Shown here piece after piece: positions 11,858 to 23,623 of a stretch of DNA of 64,000 nucleotides. How positions within the stretch are numbered: position 1 is the stretch's first letter; each line of letters opens with the position of its first letter. A program made the position numbers and the translations under genes. The notes beneath the pieces were generated by a model. It was not told the DNA's origin, did no database searches, and saw only the letters and a list, made by a program, of their open reading frames with translations. This DNA comes from Yuukianura sp. NJ FZ-2021 (lineage: Eukaryota): the NCBI GenBank assembly GCA_046563655.1, contig CM102285.1, positions 10,044,001-10,108,000 of the forward strand, read 5' to 3'.

Positions 11858-14800
11858 TGCGATGCGAATTTTGCTACAAAAACTGCCGAGAAGCTGGATG
11901 GTGGATGAAAAGAAAGATGACGGCTACACGGCTTTGCATTTGGCTGCTTTGAATAATCATGTTGAGGTAAGGGAAATCTGTTTCTAAAAAATAGACGATT
12001 GTCGACTTTGAAAAATCTGTTGGGGGAGGTATAAAAAAACAGATTTTGTTCTGAAATCGTAATCTGAATCCGCTTGTGGAGGGACTAAAAAAGAAAATTT
12101 CGGTTTTCAAGAAACTTTTATAAACCTGAACAAGAAAGTAGAGATAGAGAGAAACTTTGTTTTAAAACGTTGGTATTTTTAAATTAACTTTGGATTTCCT
12201 CCGGGGAATGATTCAGGTCTCTACGTTTTGGAAACTTAAAATTGAACCTGAACTTGTCCTGGTAGCGTCAATAACAGTCAACTTTTATTAAAGGTTTTGT
12301 GCTGGGTAAGGCTAAAGGGAATGGTAGAAGTGATCTCCAAAGTATTTTGCATCTCCTTGGATTTGTGATGCGAAGGAAGTTCACTTTGGTGGAGCTTATT
12401 TTGGGTTTGAGGCGTCCTTACATGCTCCCTAGATCTCGCCTCTCGCAAAGGCTTTTCCAGGAAAAGCGCCCTATTTACATTCCTTGAGGGTTTTGAAATT
12501 GAAATTCTGGAAATGCCTTTCACTGATGTTGATGATGAGAAGGAGGACATGGACTTTGGTATTGAATCTGTCCAATCTAAATGTTGTCTTTCTCCGCCTC
12601 TTCCCTTCCACATTTTCCCTGGAAATCCAGGAGGGAACTGCAAATAGTCTCTAGAGCTTCCAGTAAAATTGTCCTCGTAGGTACTGGGGAATGGCCAACT
12701 TTCTCTTGGAGCCTCATCCATTATTAGCACTTGGTCCAATATGGTCCTCTTCCCTCACATTATTTAAATTGTCCAGAATTCCACACTTTCTCGTGGGTAG
12801 TTTAGACTGTCCTGGTAAGTTGTGGACGCTGAAATATTCGTTTTGTGGCCCCACGCTTACGACGATAGTTTTCGGTTATAACCGAAATGGAAGTTTGGAA
12901 TTAGACTGGAAAGTATTGCATGGTAAAGGAGATTTATTTGGATAATCTGCTTCACTGAACAATCCAATGCCCGAGTTGAACCTAGTACGAAAATGCTGCG
13001 TAATGTGTTTGTGTGTGGATTCGTTTGTGGTTGGAGGAGCTGGAGAAAGCAAAGGAAGAGAAAGCTAGGAGAATACAAAAGAAGTTTAGATGTGGACGTA
13101 GAAACAGAAATAGCATCAAAGGCGAGCCCTCGGTTCGGTTTTATTTTATGTCAAATTATATTTAAAATGGGTTTGGATTCGAAATATCATGAAATATTCC
13201 TATCTCTTGTCTTGTTCTTCCTTGCCTTGCAAAAACAGAAAGAAAGATTTTTTCAGTCTAGACTTTATTTGTTGGTTCTATTTGAAGAAAAGATGTTGAA
13301 GACGCGGAGGCTTCCAGAGCTTTGGCTGGAATGTGCTGTTCTGCTGGAGTTTGTCTTGTATGGCATGCAGAATATAGATAAATCTCTGCTAAATCGGATC
13401 GGATTTTTCTTTTTTCGGTGAAGAAGGAGCTCTCGGATATTTCTCCTGTCAAACGCCACCTCCTCCTGTTGTTTGTTGTTTCAAGGGAGTAGTTAGTGGA
13501 CTTTGGTTGTAGCTACATTCCTATTTTGTTCCTTCCAAGATGTTAGGAAAAGAACGTTCTTTGGAACAACTGACTGTAGTAATCTCTAAGAGCACTAAAC
13601 CCTCAGCTTCAGAGATCTTCAACTAACTTTTTTAATCTTATAAAACAACAAAGTTTAACAACAGGGGAGATAACTTTAATTCCAATGAAGGTTCCTGCTG
13701 CTCAAACTCTCAATTTTAGAGGTAGAGCATTTACTTTCTCTTTTTAGAAGTTCAGAGGCCATGAACTGGAGAATGAAGGGAAAGAAAGTGGAGAGCTCTT
13801 GATAACGTCAATTTCGGAACAGGGGAAAGTTCAAATCGTTTCATTCCTAAAAGTTGGAAGAGCTTTTCATTTTAGAGCCACTTTATACTTGTACTAGAGG
13901 AAAAAGTGAAAATAAGTCGAAACATAGGCAAGTCGGTTTGGATTTTAGAGAAGCTTTCTAGTTTATGAGAAAGCTTTTGGAATATTGAGACTGACAAGTG
14001 AAAGGAATAATCCCGGATTTAAATTAAATCAAAAGTACTAACATTAGCTATGACAAAGGAGAAAACTAAAATTTTAATAAACTAATCACATGCAGTTGGT
14101 TTTCTCAATTTGTCAGTGTCGAAACGTTGTGGTGGTAATCGGAGGAATTAAGGCTGGGATTCTGTCCTATGGATTTATTAGGAAAAGTTTCTCGCATACA
14201 CTTGCTGCTCTTTTAGAAAAATGTGTTGCCAAAAACGCTGCTCTAGTCTGGATTCCAGCAGTCCGTTTTAATTTTGCTTTCCCAATTTTAGTTCCCAAAA
14301 ACTTTTGATGTGTTTAATTTGTTTGTTTCGTTGTTCTATTCTTAGGTTGCTGAGTTGCTGGTTCGTGAGGGATCGGCAAGCCTAGACTTGCAGAATATTA
14401 ATCTTCAAACTCCACTTCATCTGAGTGTTGAGCGCCAGCACGCCCAAATTGTTCGGGTAAGTGCTGCATGCTGCTGTGAAAACAGGGCTTGAGAGACAAT
14501 CGAAGTGAACGAATTTTGGTACAAAATGACTATTTCATCCACTTACGAACGGAATGACAGCACGACGGACTAGCGGACTTAGCTCAAAGTCCAACAAAAC
14601 TTTGTAACCCGCCCGACGACTACGAATCAAAAGTCTTCCTGTGGTTTTCGGAACTTGCGGAGAAAACTAATGACGAGTGCCAAACATTTGTCATCATCAA
14701 CTCTTCCTAAAACTTTCCAAATGTTGACTGTCCCAAAGTTGAAATTTTGGCGGTCCTTGGAGATGGGAGACAGAGATGAAAGTTATCTGAAATCAGGAGA

Positions 14801-17800
14801 TCATAAGTTACCAAATGTTGGTGACTTTTAGCTTCAATCGTGGAGGAAGTGACATAGAGTTTAGAACTTGGAATGGAAATGATAAGGAAATTCATCTCTG
14901 TTACTCGCCTCCTTCGAATCATGATTCAGCTTTATCAAATGAAAGATAAAGTTTAGAAAAGAGAAATGTGAAGTCTTGCGATTAATATTAAAACTGACGC
15001 AAGCGGGTGATCATGAAATTAACTTTCTCCTGCTCCACTGAAAGTGTCATCTACAGATCCGTCAGTATCGTTTTGTTTTAGTGAAGCGGAATAGTCTGGA
15101 TTCCTAGAATGTCTGAGCCCGCTGGGCTTATAGCGTTCAAACTTTGTCTTTCTCCAATTTCTTTCGTGTAGTTTGAAAGACAGAATGCGAAAAGAAGCAG
15201 TAAAACGCATGAAGACGAGTCTTGCCGAGAAATGTCGTTGGAATTTAAATAAAAGATGAAGACGAGTAACCACTTTTGTGCGTTAAATTAGGAGCTTTTT
15301 ATGACAAAGGGGACAAATATATTTTGAAAAAGGGCTCCATTTTCTGCTCGGAATTTGCACTCAAACGCAAAATTTTACTTTCTAAAAAGCGTAAAAAAAT
15401 TGGCTTTCACAAAAATTAAAGGTTTCTTTTGGATTGTAGCTTCTCGTTCGAGCTGGGGCGAATTTAAATTTGGTGGACAAGGATGGTGACTCACCGCTGC
15501 ATGAAGCACTGCGCCATCACACACTTTCGCAGTTGCGTCAACTCCAAGATGTCCAAGTTCAAGATGTAGGCAAGGTAAGGCGAGCAAATAAACTTCCGTG
15601 GATGGTTTTGTGGTTTTATTACGTTCACTGAACACTGCAGTCTGCAGGTTTCACGGTATGAGTAGACGGAAAGTCTGTAAGGCTAGGTTTTTCATCTGAG
15701 GCAATTTTGGTATTTTTGAAGCTTAGTATATTTACTCATACTCACGTGTTACTAGTGCTCAAAGTAAAGAAGAGAATATAAAGCCTGTACGTTTTCTCCA
15801 CCGTTAAACAGAAGGCTTTAGAGAGGCAGAAGATGCTTCAATTTGTGTTTTCTTATCATCCGTACGCTTTCTCTCCCCGTGTGCTCTCCCAAATGAGTAT
15901 GAATGAGTCTTTATTAAAGTTTAACTTGAATTTATGACTTAATTTCATAATGTGGAGGACTGGCTTTTCTTGATGGAAAACTCTGTTCATGTCCTTCAGA
16001 AGGAGTCTCTGCTGGGCTCTAGGAAGTCTTAAATGAAGTTTTTAGGAGAGAAAAGGAGCTGGAGGAAGAGCCAGATGCCCTTCTTAAAATTTGGAAGTAT
16101 TACGGAATTTTCTAAAATTATCTAACGCCCTGGCCTAGTTTTCTCTAACTTCTTTTCCCTAAAGTGAGACGAAGAGAAAGTAATCTAGTAGACTGCTTAC
16201 CTGGGAGCCAACACTAAACTTGCGAGTGGCTTCTAATGTGATTTCCACTTTCTCCTAGCCAGCTCCTACTTCTAGCTCGAGATAAAAAAAAGTTAATTTA
16301 GAAAGCGAAATGACTCCTACACTATACGAAGAAATAGACTCGAGGAAAAGAAAAGCTTTTCATCTCATTTCCCTTTTTTGATTGAATTTCTTTCTCATTT
16401 TTTGAGCTTTTGTTGTCTGAAGTGTAATCCTTTTGTGGTTAGTGGGGAAGGCAATTTAGATTTTCATAAGAAAACATGTGGGGAGCTAATTTTTGGAATT
16501 ACTACAATTTGTTTTTGTTTTCATGTTTTTTAGGTTTTGATGATGAAGGGAATGAAGGGGGGTTCTGCGTCCATTGCTTTATTCCTAGCGGCCCATGGAG
16601 CAGACTTGACCATTCGAAATAAGAAGTCACAAACCCCATTGGATTTATGTCCAGACCCAAGTCTGTGTCGTGCTCTTCAACAGTGTCGAAGTGAAAGAAG
16701 TCTCACGTAAGAATTTTTCAAAAACTTTCTCCATTTTCCGCTTGACCAAAGTATTTTACCCTGTCTTAGAAGTTGGAACTCAAGCACTTGGTTCTAAAAC
16801 TTAAGTCTGAGACCTAAAAGTAACAAGTATTTCCAATACCAAAGCACCTTTACGACTCCTCTCGATCAAAATCAAGTATTCCAAAAGTCAGGACGCGAGG
16901 CTAGGGAACTAAAATTTTCTGCTGGGAACGCTCCATTCTTTATCGGCTTTCTCTTGGAAGTGACGCTGGAAACCCAGACACCGAGTATGGTGGACGCCTG
17001 AAAGGCCAGAAGTCAGTGGCACGGAAGAATGAAACTATTTTGGAGAGTGTTCCAACTTTATCCATTAATGTTAGAAGGGTTCTCCGTTAACCTTTTAATT
17101 TAATGTTGAATTATTGGCATGGAAAGAATCCTCTGGAACGAAAATGGCCATCTCGATTTTTTTTAGTTTTTCTTAGGAAAGCTTTTTCGATCCTAGGTAG
17201 TTTTCTAAGTTCAAGTGCCTTTTCCAGCAACAAATCCTGTCGGAGTCTCAGGTTCCTTTTACATCTTAACTTTGAAGATTTTGAAGTGAAAGTTGTTCAT
17301 CTTGACGCTTTCTCTCTGTAGTTCTCTACCCCTTCGTCCTGTTTATTTTAATCGTCTTAACTTTTGTACACTTCCTGGCATGAAAGGCGTTTACTTCTAG
17401 GGTTGAGTCTCCATTTCTCAAATCCTCGTCTCCGTCTTCCGTTCTTTTCTAAATCATGTCCTCAGACCTTCTTTTGATTTAGGAGTTTCATTGAAAGTAG
17501 TAAATAGTGGCTCAGAAGCGGCTAAACTTTCTCTCACCATGTTTTTGTTATGCTTTTGCTTTCTGCGTGAAGGAAATGTATAGTCGAAGAAGGCGACCCG
17601 ATGGACTATGAAATATGTCCAAAACTCTGTAAGAATAGGGCTTGGAGAAGAGTCGTTAGCCGGAGCAATTAAGTTCTGTCACCGTCTGTTTTCTTGGTGA
17701 CTTGGTTTTATTGTGACACTTTGGATGGGAGAAAACATGGAGGAGTGTCATTCCTACGCCTTCGGAGGCCGCTGAATCGCTGCTGAGTGGTTGTGATCTC

Positions 17801-20645
17801 TCTTTGGATTGTAATTCCTGCTGGAACTGGAACTGGAAGTTTTGTAATTAGGTTAAAAGTCGTGCGGACGAGGGCTTGGCCGGAGAGTTAGTTAGAAGTC
17901 AAGACCAGCAGAAAGTCCCTTCCCACGTCCATGATTTATGCAGCGGAAGTTTTGGGAGAAAACTTGAGTTGCTTTCACCCAGACTTTCTCTTTGGGCCAG
18001 ACTTCTCTCTTTCCAGAATTATTTCAATTCCATTATGGTCCTTATATCATGTTCTAATGTGTGGGCTCGGATGTAGTAACTGGATGAATAATCAGAACTT
18101 GGGTTTGTTCAGTTGAGTAGAGAGTGGCCACAGTTTGGGCCTTTGGTTTCATTGTAGTTGGGGAAATGCCTTCTCTTACAAAATTTCCATTCATCTTCCT
18201 TGAAAGTCTCGACAGAGAAAGTCATCCAGTTCAAATGAGCAGTTTCATGAAGAGGATTTTAATGTCAAATGGGGTTGTGTTGTTATTATAAGAATCGCTT
18301 GAGCTAGGAGGCCTAGGAGACAATTGGAGTCTGCCACACACTCTGGCTGCCGAGCTTCGCTATGCTGCTGTCTCCAACTTCACATTCAAATGTTTTATTG
18401 TACTTTTAACAAGAGAAACAGAATGGAGGAAATTACGTTTTATTCTGACAATATACTACAAAAGTTTTGGAGCCTTTTCTGGGTGAAAGTCCTATCCTTT
18501 GTCCTTTCTTTTGAACGCACACTATCTCATGCCCACTGCTCATAATTTCGTTCCGCTCTACTGAAGCCAACGTACATTTTCCTTTGCCTAATTATATTTT
18601 CTTTTGTTTTTGTACTTTTGTTCTACTGTAGGAGTCAAGAGGATGAATTAAATAAAACACATAGTCCTACGCCAAGTTTGGAAACTGGGGACACGAATGA
18701 GGACTGCATTGTTTGCTCGGATAATCCCCGGGAATTAGTGTTTCATCCCTGTAATCACGCCGTTTGCTGTGAGTCGTGTGGGTCAAGAGTGAAGAAATGT
18801 CTCATCTGTCGAGCTCCCGTTGGATCTCGCTCCAAGGTAATACTTGTATTTCTGCAGCATTTGTTGCTCCTCCCCCTTGATTTCCCTAATTTTACAGTGA
18901 AAGCGGAAGGGGGATTAATTGAAAGATGGAAGAGAAAGCCTCAAATGTCAGATTCCAATTTCCATTGCATGGCTGATTTTAATTACCTTCAAGCTCCCAA
19001 GCTCAGTCACTTTCGCTGGATTAGTTCATTTCTCCTTGGCTGGTTTTTGCCTCGACTCAAACTGAGTAAAAGCGGAAATCACTACTCTTGGAAAAGATCA
19101 AGATGTGATGACGCCTTGGAAGTACGCCCTAGCAGCTACCGAACTTGATTTAGAAAGCGATAACTTTAAAGTTTTCAAGTTGAGCCGATCTCGGTTTGGA
19201 TCTAGGGAATACGCCAGTCAGGAATAAAAAAATATGAAGCCAGTTTGGAGATAAAAGTCAAAGTGAAAGTCATTTTCAGATATGCTTTCTCCTATGACCA
19301 AATTCAGCTAAAGTTTTGTTTATCAAATGAGTTTTCTTTGTAGTGTCATTATTGTCAGAAAGGAAAGCTTGTGCTCTATGTCCGTAGCATCTGGTAAAAT
19401 TTTATTTTTATCTTAAGACGAAACTTGGAGTAACCAAATACTCGATCTCGTGTTTCTAAGAAATCAAATTCTTCCAGGCACGGTTTTGTTTTTGTTGTAA
19501 AATAAGTTTTGTTTTACGAAACGTTTAAAAGTCTTGAACTTTTCCTTGAAAAATTCGGAGCGCATTCTACAGTCAGCGCGCTGTTGGGAAGAAATTGGGA
19601 TTGGAATCTGGCAAAGGGAGACAAAGAAGCTTTTTCTTCAAGCGAAAGTTCATTTGTAATGATGATGAATGGGATGGATTCTCTATCTGGTTTGGTTTTC
19701 CCTGCAGGACGTGATTGATTTTTTTTTCTTTTCCAACAGATCGAAGAGTGCATGGTTTGTTCGGATAGAAAGGCTTCCGTTGTCTTCAAACCGTGTGGGC
19801 ACATTGCAGCTTGTGTAAGTTTACGACTCCTTTTTCCTAATGGTTTATTCAGCAGAACTAATTGGATAATAATTTTTGTTTTCGATTTATTTTAGGAGAG
19901 TTGTGCCGTTATAATGAAGAAATGTGTGAAATGCCGAGCTGCCATTGACAAGATGGTTACCATTGTCCTGATTTCACCACAGCAGAATTCAATGGGAGTT
20001 TGTACACCCAAGTCGAACCTTGTCATGCTTTCTTCACCACCGTCGATTCCAGGAGCCAGCGGTGGTTGTACTGTCAATAACCACAATAATAACAATAATA
20101 ACCATCATGCAACGGGCAATAATTCTAGCAACATCGGAGTGGTGAAGACGAATACGCTCAGCTCTGGGCCCAGTAACCTTTCACCAAGCATTGAAGCCAA
20201 TCTCTTTAGTCCGCACGATAGTGGAAGTACGCCGCTGACGCCCTCCGTTTCGCCAGATAATTTGACACATGCCACGAATACAATCATAGCTGCAACAGGA
20301 CAACTGAGCCTCAACTGTGGAGCCGCCGCTGCTGGACTTGTCCTAAATAATGGATCCAAGGATTACAGTGATGTAGAAAAATTGCAACAGCAGTTGCAAG
20401 ACATCAAGGATCAGGTAACCCCCAAGGGAGAGTCAAGGGATTAATGCCTATCACCTCTCTACCAGCCTCGCAAATTCTCACTTTCTCCTTTCACTTTGTT
20501 CTAGACAATGTGTCCCGTCTGTCTCGATCGACTCAAGAATCTCATCTTTCTCTGCGGACATGGAACCTGCCAAGCTTGTGGTGATCGTATTGTCGAATGT
20601 CCAATTTGTAGAAAGCCAGTGGAGAAAAGGATCTTGCTCTACTGA
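11858..20645 (+). CDS. mib1: E3 ubiquitin ligase mind bomb 1, 3' portion (ankyrin repeats, RING1, RING2, coiled coil, RING3)
   Basis: Exons 11858-11966, 14346-14456, 15440-15574, 16534-16706, 18632-18836, 19740-19814, 19896-20414, 20505-20645; all GT-AG and phase-consistent. They translate to [28 protein letters not shown]...[25 protein letters not shown]...TPLDLCPDP...CIVCSD...CMVCSD...[56 protein letters not shown], the characteristic MIB1 C-terminal half. Confidence 0.96.
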
Positions 20646-21045
20646 ACATCCGGACAGTTAAAAAGCATCAAGTTACTCCTGTTATATTGTTAACTTAATT
20701 TGCAAAAGCTGACTCTAATTTATTGTCCAGCAGCACTAACCTACTCCTCAAACTCTTATTCAAAATCAGCCCTTCGTTAGCTTCGGCACAGCAATGTAAA
20801 GTTGATCAATTCGTGTTATTCTTCACTAAAAATGAATGTTACTATAATTAGCTTTTTCTTTAATTTTTATTATATTAAGTTCATTACTGTATAAGTACAT
20901 AGATAAGCTTTTAGGCATCATAATTTGCATTGTTATTATCTAAGTAAGCTGAGTGTTTATCAAAAAACTTTCTCTAGCAGACACAAGAACAATTCATAAC
21001 CAACTGACTCTAGTAGCGGTCTGTATTCGTAAAATAGTCCTCATA

Positions 21046-21051
21046 AATAAA
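21046..21051 (+). terminator. Putative polyadenylation signal of mib1
   Basis: AATAAA about 400 nt after the stop, following an AT-rich 3' UTR. Confidence 0.55.
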
Positions 21052-21185
21052 ATGTCAAAATTATGAAAAAATGTCTTCTTTGAATTTTGAGCCTTAATTA
21101 ATTGACATAAACGCTTGAAAAGTTAAATTTTTAAAACAATTTCTTGATCCGAAGAATCACCGTATTTCAATTTCAATGTGCAAGA

Positions 21186-22514
21186 TTGAATTTGTTAGAA
21201 TTGAGATAGGATATTGTGCAGAGCAAAGCGGCAGATAGGAAGCTTCCTCTGTTGGATTTTTTCCACAAAAAGTCTAGCGGCGGCAAAAGGTTGAAAAAGG
21301 TGAGGAGCCTTTCTGGACTGTACGATCCCCTTGCACCTCCGGTCACTTTTGGAACAGACTCCCCTACTTCCCTATGTTAAATCTCTTTCAGAAAATTTCA
21401 AAAAATCTAAAACTTTTAAAATTCATAACTTTCGAATGGAAAACGATAGAAAGCTAAACTCTTCGAGCCAGAACTCAGAAAAATATTTTCCAAAAAGTAT
21501 TTTCTTAAACTTAAAATTTTTTTTTTTGAAAACTAAAATTGAAATTTTGAAAACTTTGAAAATTCATAACTCAGGAACGGAAAGGTATAGAGAAGTAAAC
21601 TCTTCGGTCCTGAACTCATAGCAGGAAGTAGTATTTTATAAAATTTTAAAAAGGTACCCTAAAATTTTGACTAAATTTTGAAAAAAACCATGGACTATAG
21701 TCCAGGGATTTTTTTGGTCAAAAATTTTTTGTTTCGTTTTTAAGCTTTTAACAATTTTAAAAGATGCTGCATATCTATAGATGTTCCAGACGGGAAAGAT
21801 GAGCGCTGCAGCGCTATCGGTCCCACAGTTATAAATTTTCAAAGTTTTCAAATTTTGCATTTTGAAAATTCATATCTCTGGAACGAAAAACAATAGAAAG
21901 GTAAACTCTTCGCGTCTGAACATCCATTTATATGGTGAATCTTTTAAAATTTTAAAAAACCCGAATTCTAACAAAAAAGTTTTTGGTAAAAAAAAATCCC
22001 TGGACTATAGTCCATGGTTTTTTTCAAAATTTAGTCAAAATTTTAGGGTACTTTTTTAAAATTTTATAAAATACTACTTCCTGCTGTGAGTTCAGGACCG
22101 AAGAGTTTACTTCTCTATCCCTCTCCGTTCCTGAGTTATGAATTTTCAAAGTTTTCAAAATTTCAATTTTAGTTTTCAAATTTTTTTTTTTTTTGAGTTT
22201 TAGAAAATACTTTTTAGAAAATATTTTTCTGAGTTCTGGCTCGAAGAGTTTAGCTTTCTATCGTTTTCCATTCGAAAGTTATGAATTTTCAAAGTTTTTG
22301 ATTTTTTGAAATTTTCTGAAAGAGATTTAACATGGGGAAGTAGTGGGGTCTGTTTCGAAAGTGACCGGAGCTATGCGGAGATTAGGCGACTCGAAAAGGC
22401 TCCACTCCACTCTCAACTTTTTTTCCCGGACTCGGCTTAAGCGCGGAACAAAGGAGGAGAGTGGTAGCCCTTTTTGCTCCGTACATTCCCCTATCTAAAA
22501 TCTTCCAAATTCAA
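21186..22514. mobile_element. ~1.3-kb foldback/MITE-like palindromic element with internal subrepeats
   Basis: 21337-~21716 is the near-exact reverse complement of ~21989-22370. Degenerate symmetry extends outward to ~21186/22514 and inward to a centre at ~21852. Six AAAATTCATA(A/T)CT-type subrepeats. No coding ORF; termini and TSD not resolved. Confidence 0.8.
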
Positions 22515-22754
22515 ACCCGAATCTCTGCGCTCTTCAAAATACGCCAGAGAAACATCAGTTTCGTTAATTTCAGGAGCTGCAAATTCGTCAAAATAACGCA
22601 AAATAAAGCGAATTTCAGTGTTCCAACGGTGCACAAGCAGTGCAAATAATTTATTTGACAGAATTTTGATGGTTAATCAATTAAGATCAATTCCTTTACT
22701 CCCATCACAGAAATAATTCTCGCATAATTTAAAGACGAAGAGCAACCTGGAATC

Positions 22755-22760
22755 TTTATT
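22755..22760 (-). terminator. Putative polyadenylation signal of LRP1
   Basis: TTTATT on + (AATAAA on -) about 870 nt downstream of the LRP1 stop; a second copy at 22650-22655. Confidence 0.45.
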
Positions 22761-23623
22761 TATATACGATAAACTTGAACGTGCATTAAATAATCTAAGA
22801 GAATGTTTAAAAAGCAATTTACAACTACTGACTTAAATGATTTATAAGCAATTTTAGCTGCCTGGAGTCTTAACAGTTCTGGTAATTAAAAATGTCAAAT
22901 TAATCTCTAATTAACAGCATTTTGTACACATTGAGTCTATGAAGCATTTGAGATTTCAAGAATTCAACTAACCTAAAATTTAAATTAAAACATAACTTTG
23001 TACTTTCTACTGTACGTAATTTGGCGAATCCGCCTTAAATAGCTGCCGTAGTTTCTCTGTGAGTCTAATGAAATGGTTAGCTTAATAATATCCTTTTGGA
23101 ATAGTAAATAAGTCGTACACAAAAATAATAAATGCTCAGCCCAGCGTTTCCTTCTCAAAATTGGCCATTTCAAATGGACAGTTTCATACAAATCGCACAT
23201 TGCGTTAGAAATAAGCCTTCAAAAAACAAGTTTTAACAGTGAAGCAAACAGGTACGACAGCTCTAAAATATTTCTCTGAATTAAAACATTTCAAAATGCT
23301 AACATTTAAAATTGGCTAGAAACATTGGAAGCTGATTCTTATCACAACAGCGGAAGATCTCTCATTTAACAGAGTATGTTTAGAAGAACGACGAACAGTA
23401 TTTTCACTTTTGGACAGACATGTTGTGTATAAAAGCTTCCCCTTTCCTTTCCTGGATGGTAACAAATAGGAGTTGAAAAAAAACTTTAAAGCAGACACAC
23501 CGTGTGTGAACGCCGGTGAAAAATATAAGGGTTTTGAAGCGTTGTAGAATACGAAGAATAAATAAAGTCCAATTTTTACACTTTCCTCGACCAGAGGAGT
23601 GTAGTATGTCGCCTTCTCTATCC

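Noticed and set aside
21331..22059. ORFs within the palindrome as a transposase, or its repeats as a CRISPR array
   Set aside because: Short K/F/N-rich frames from AT-rich DNA with no DDE motif. The repeats are inverted, long and lack unique spacers, in a eukaryotic context.
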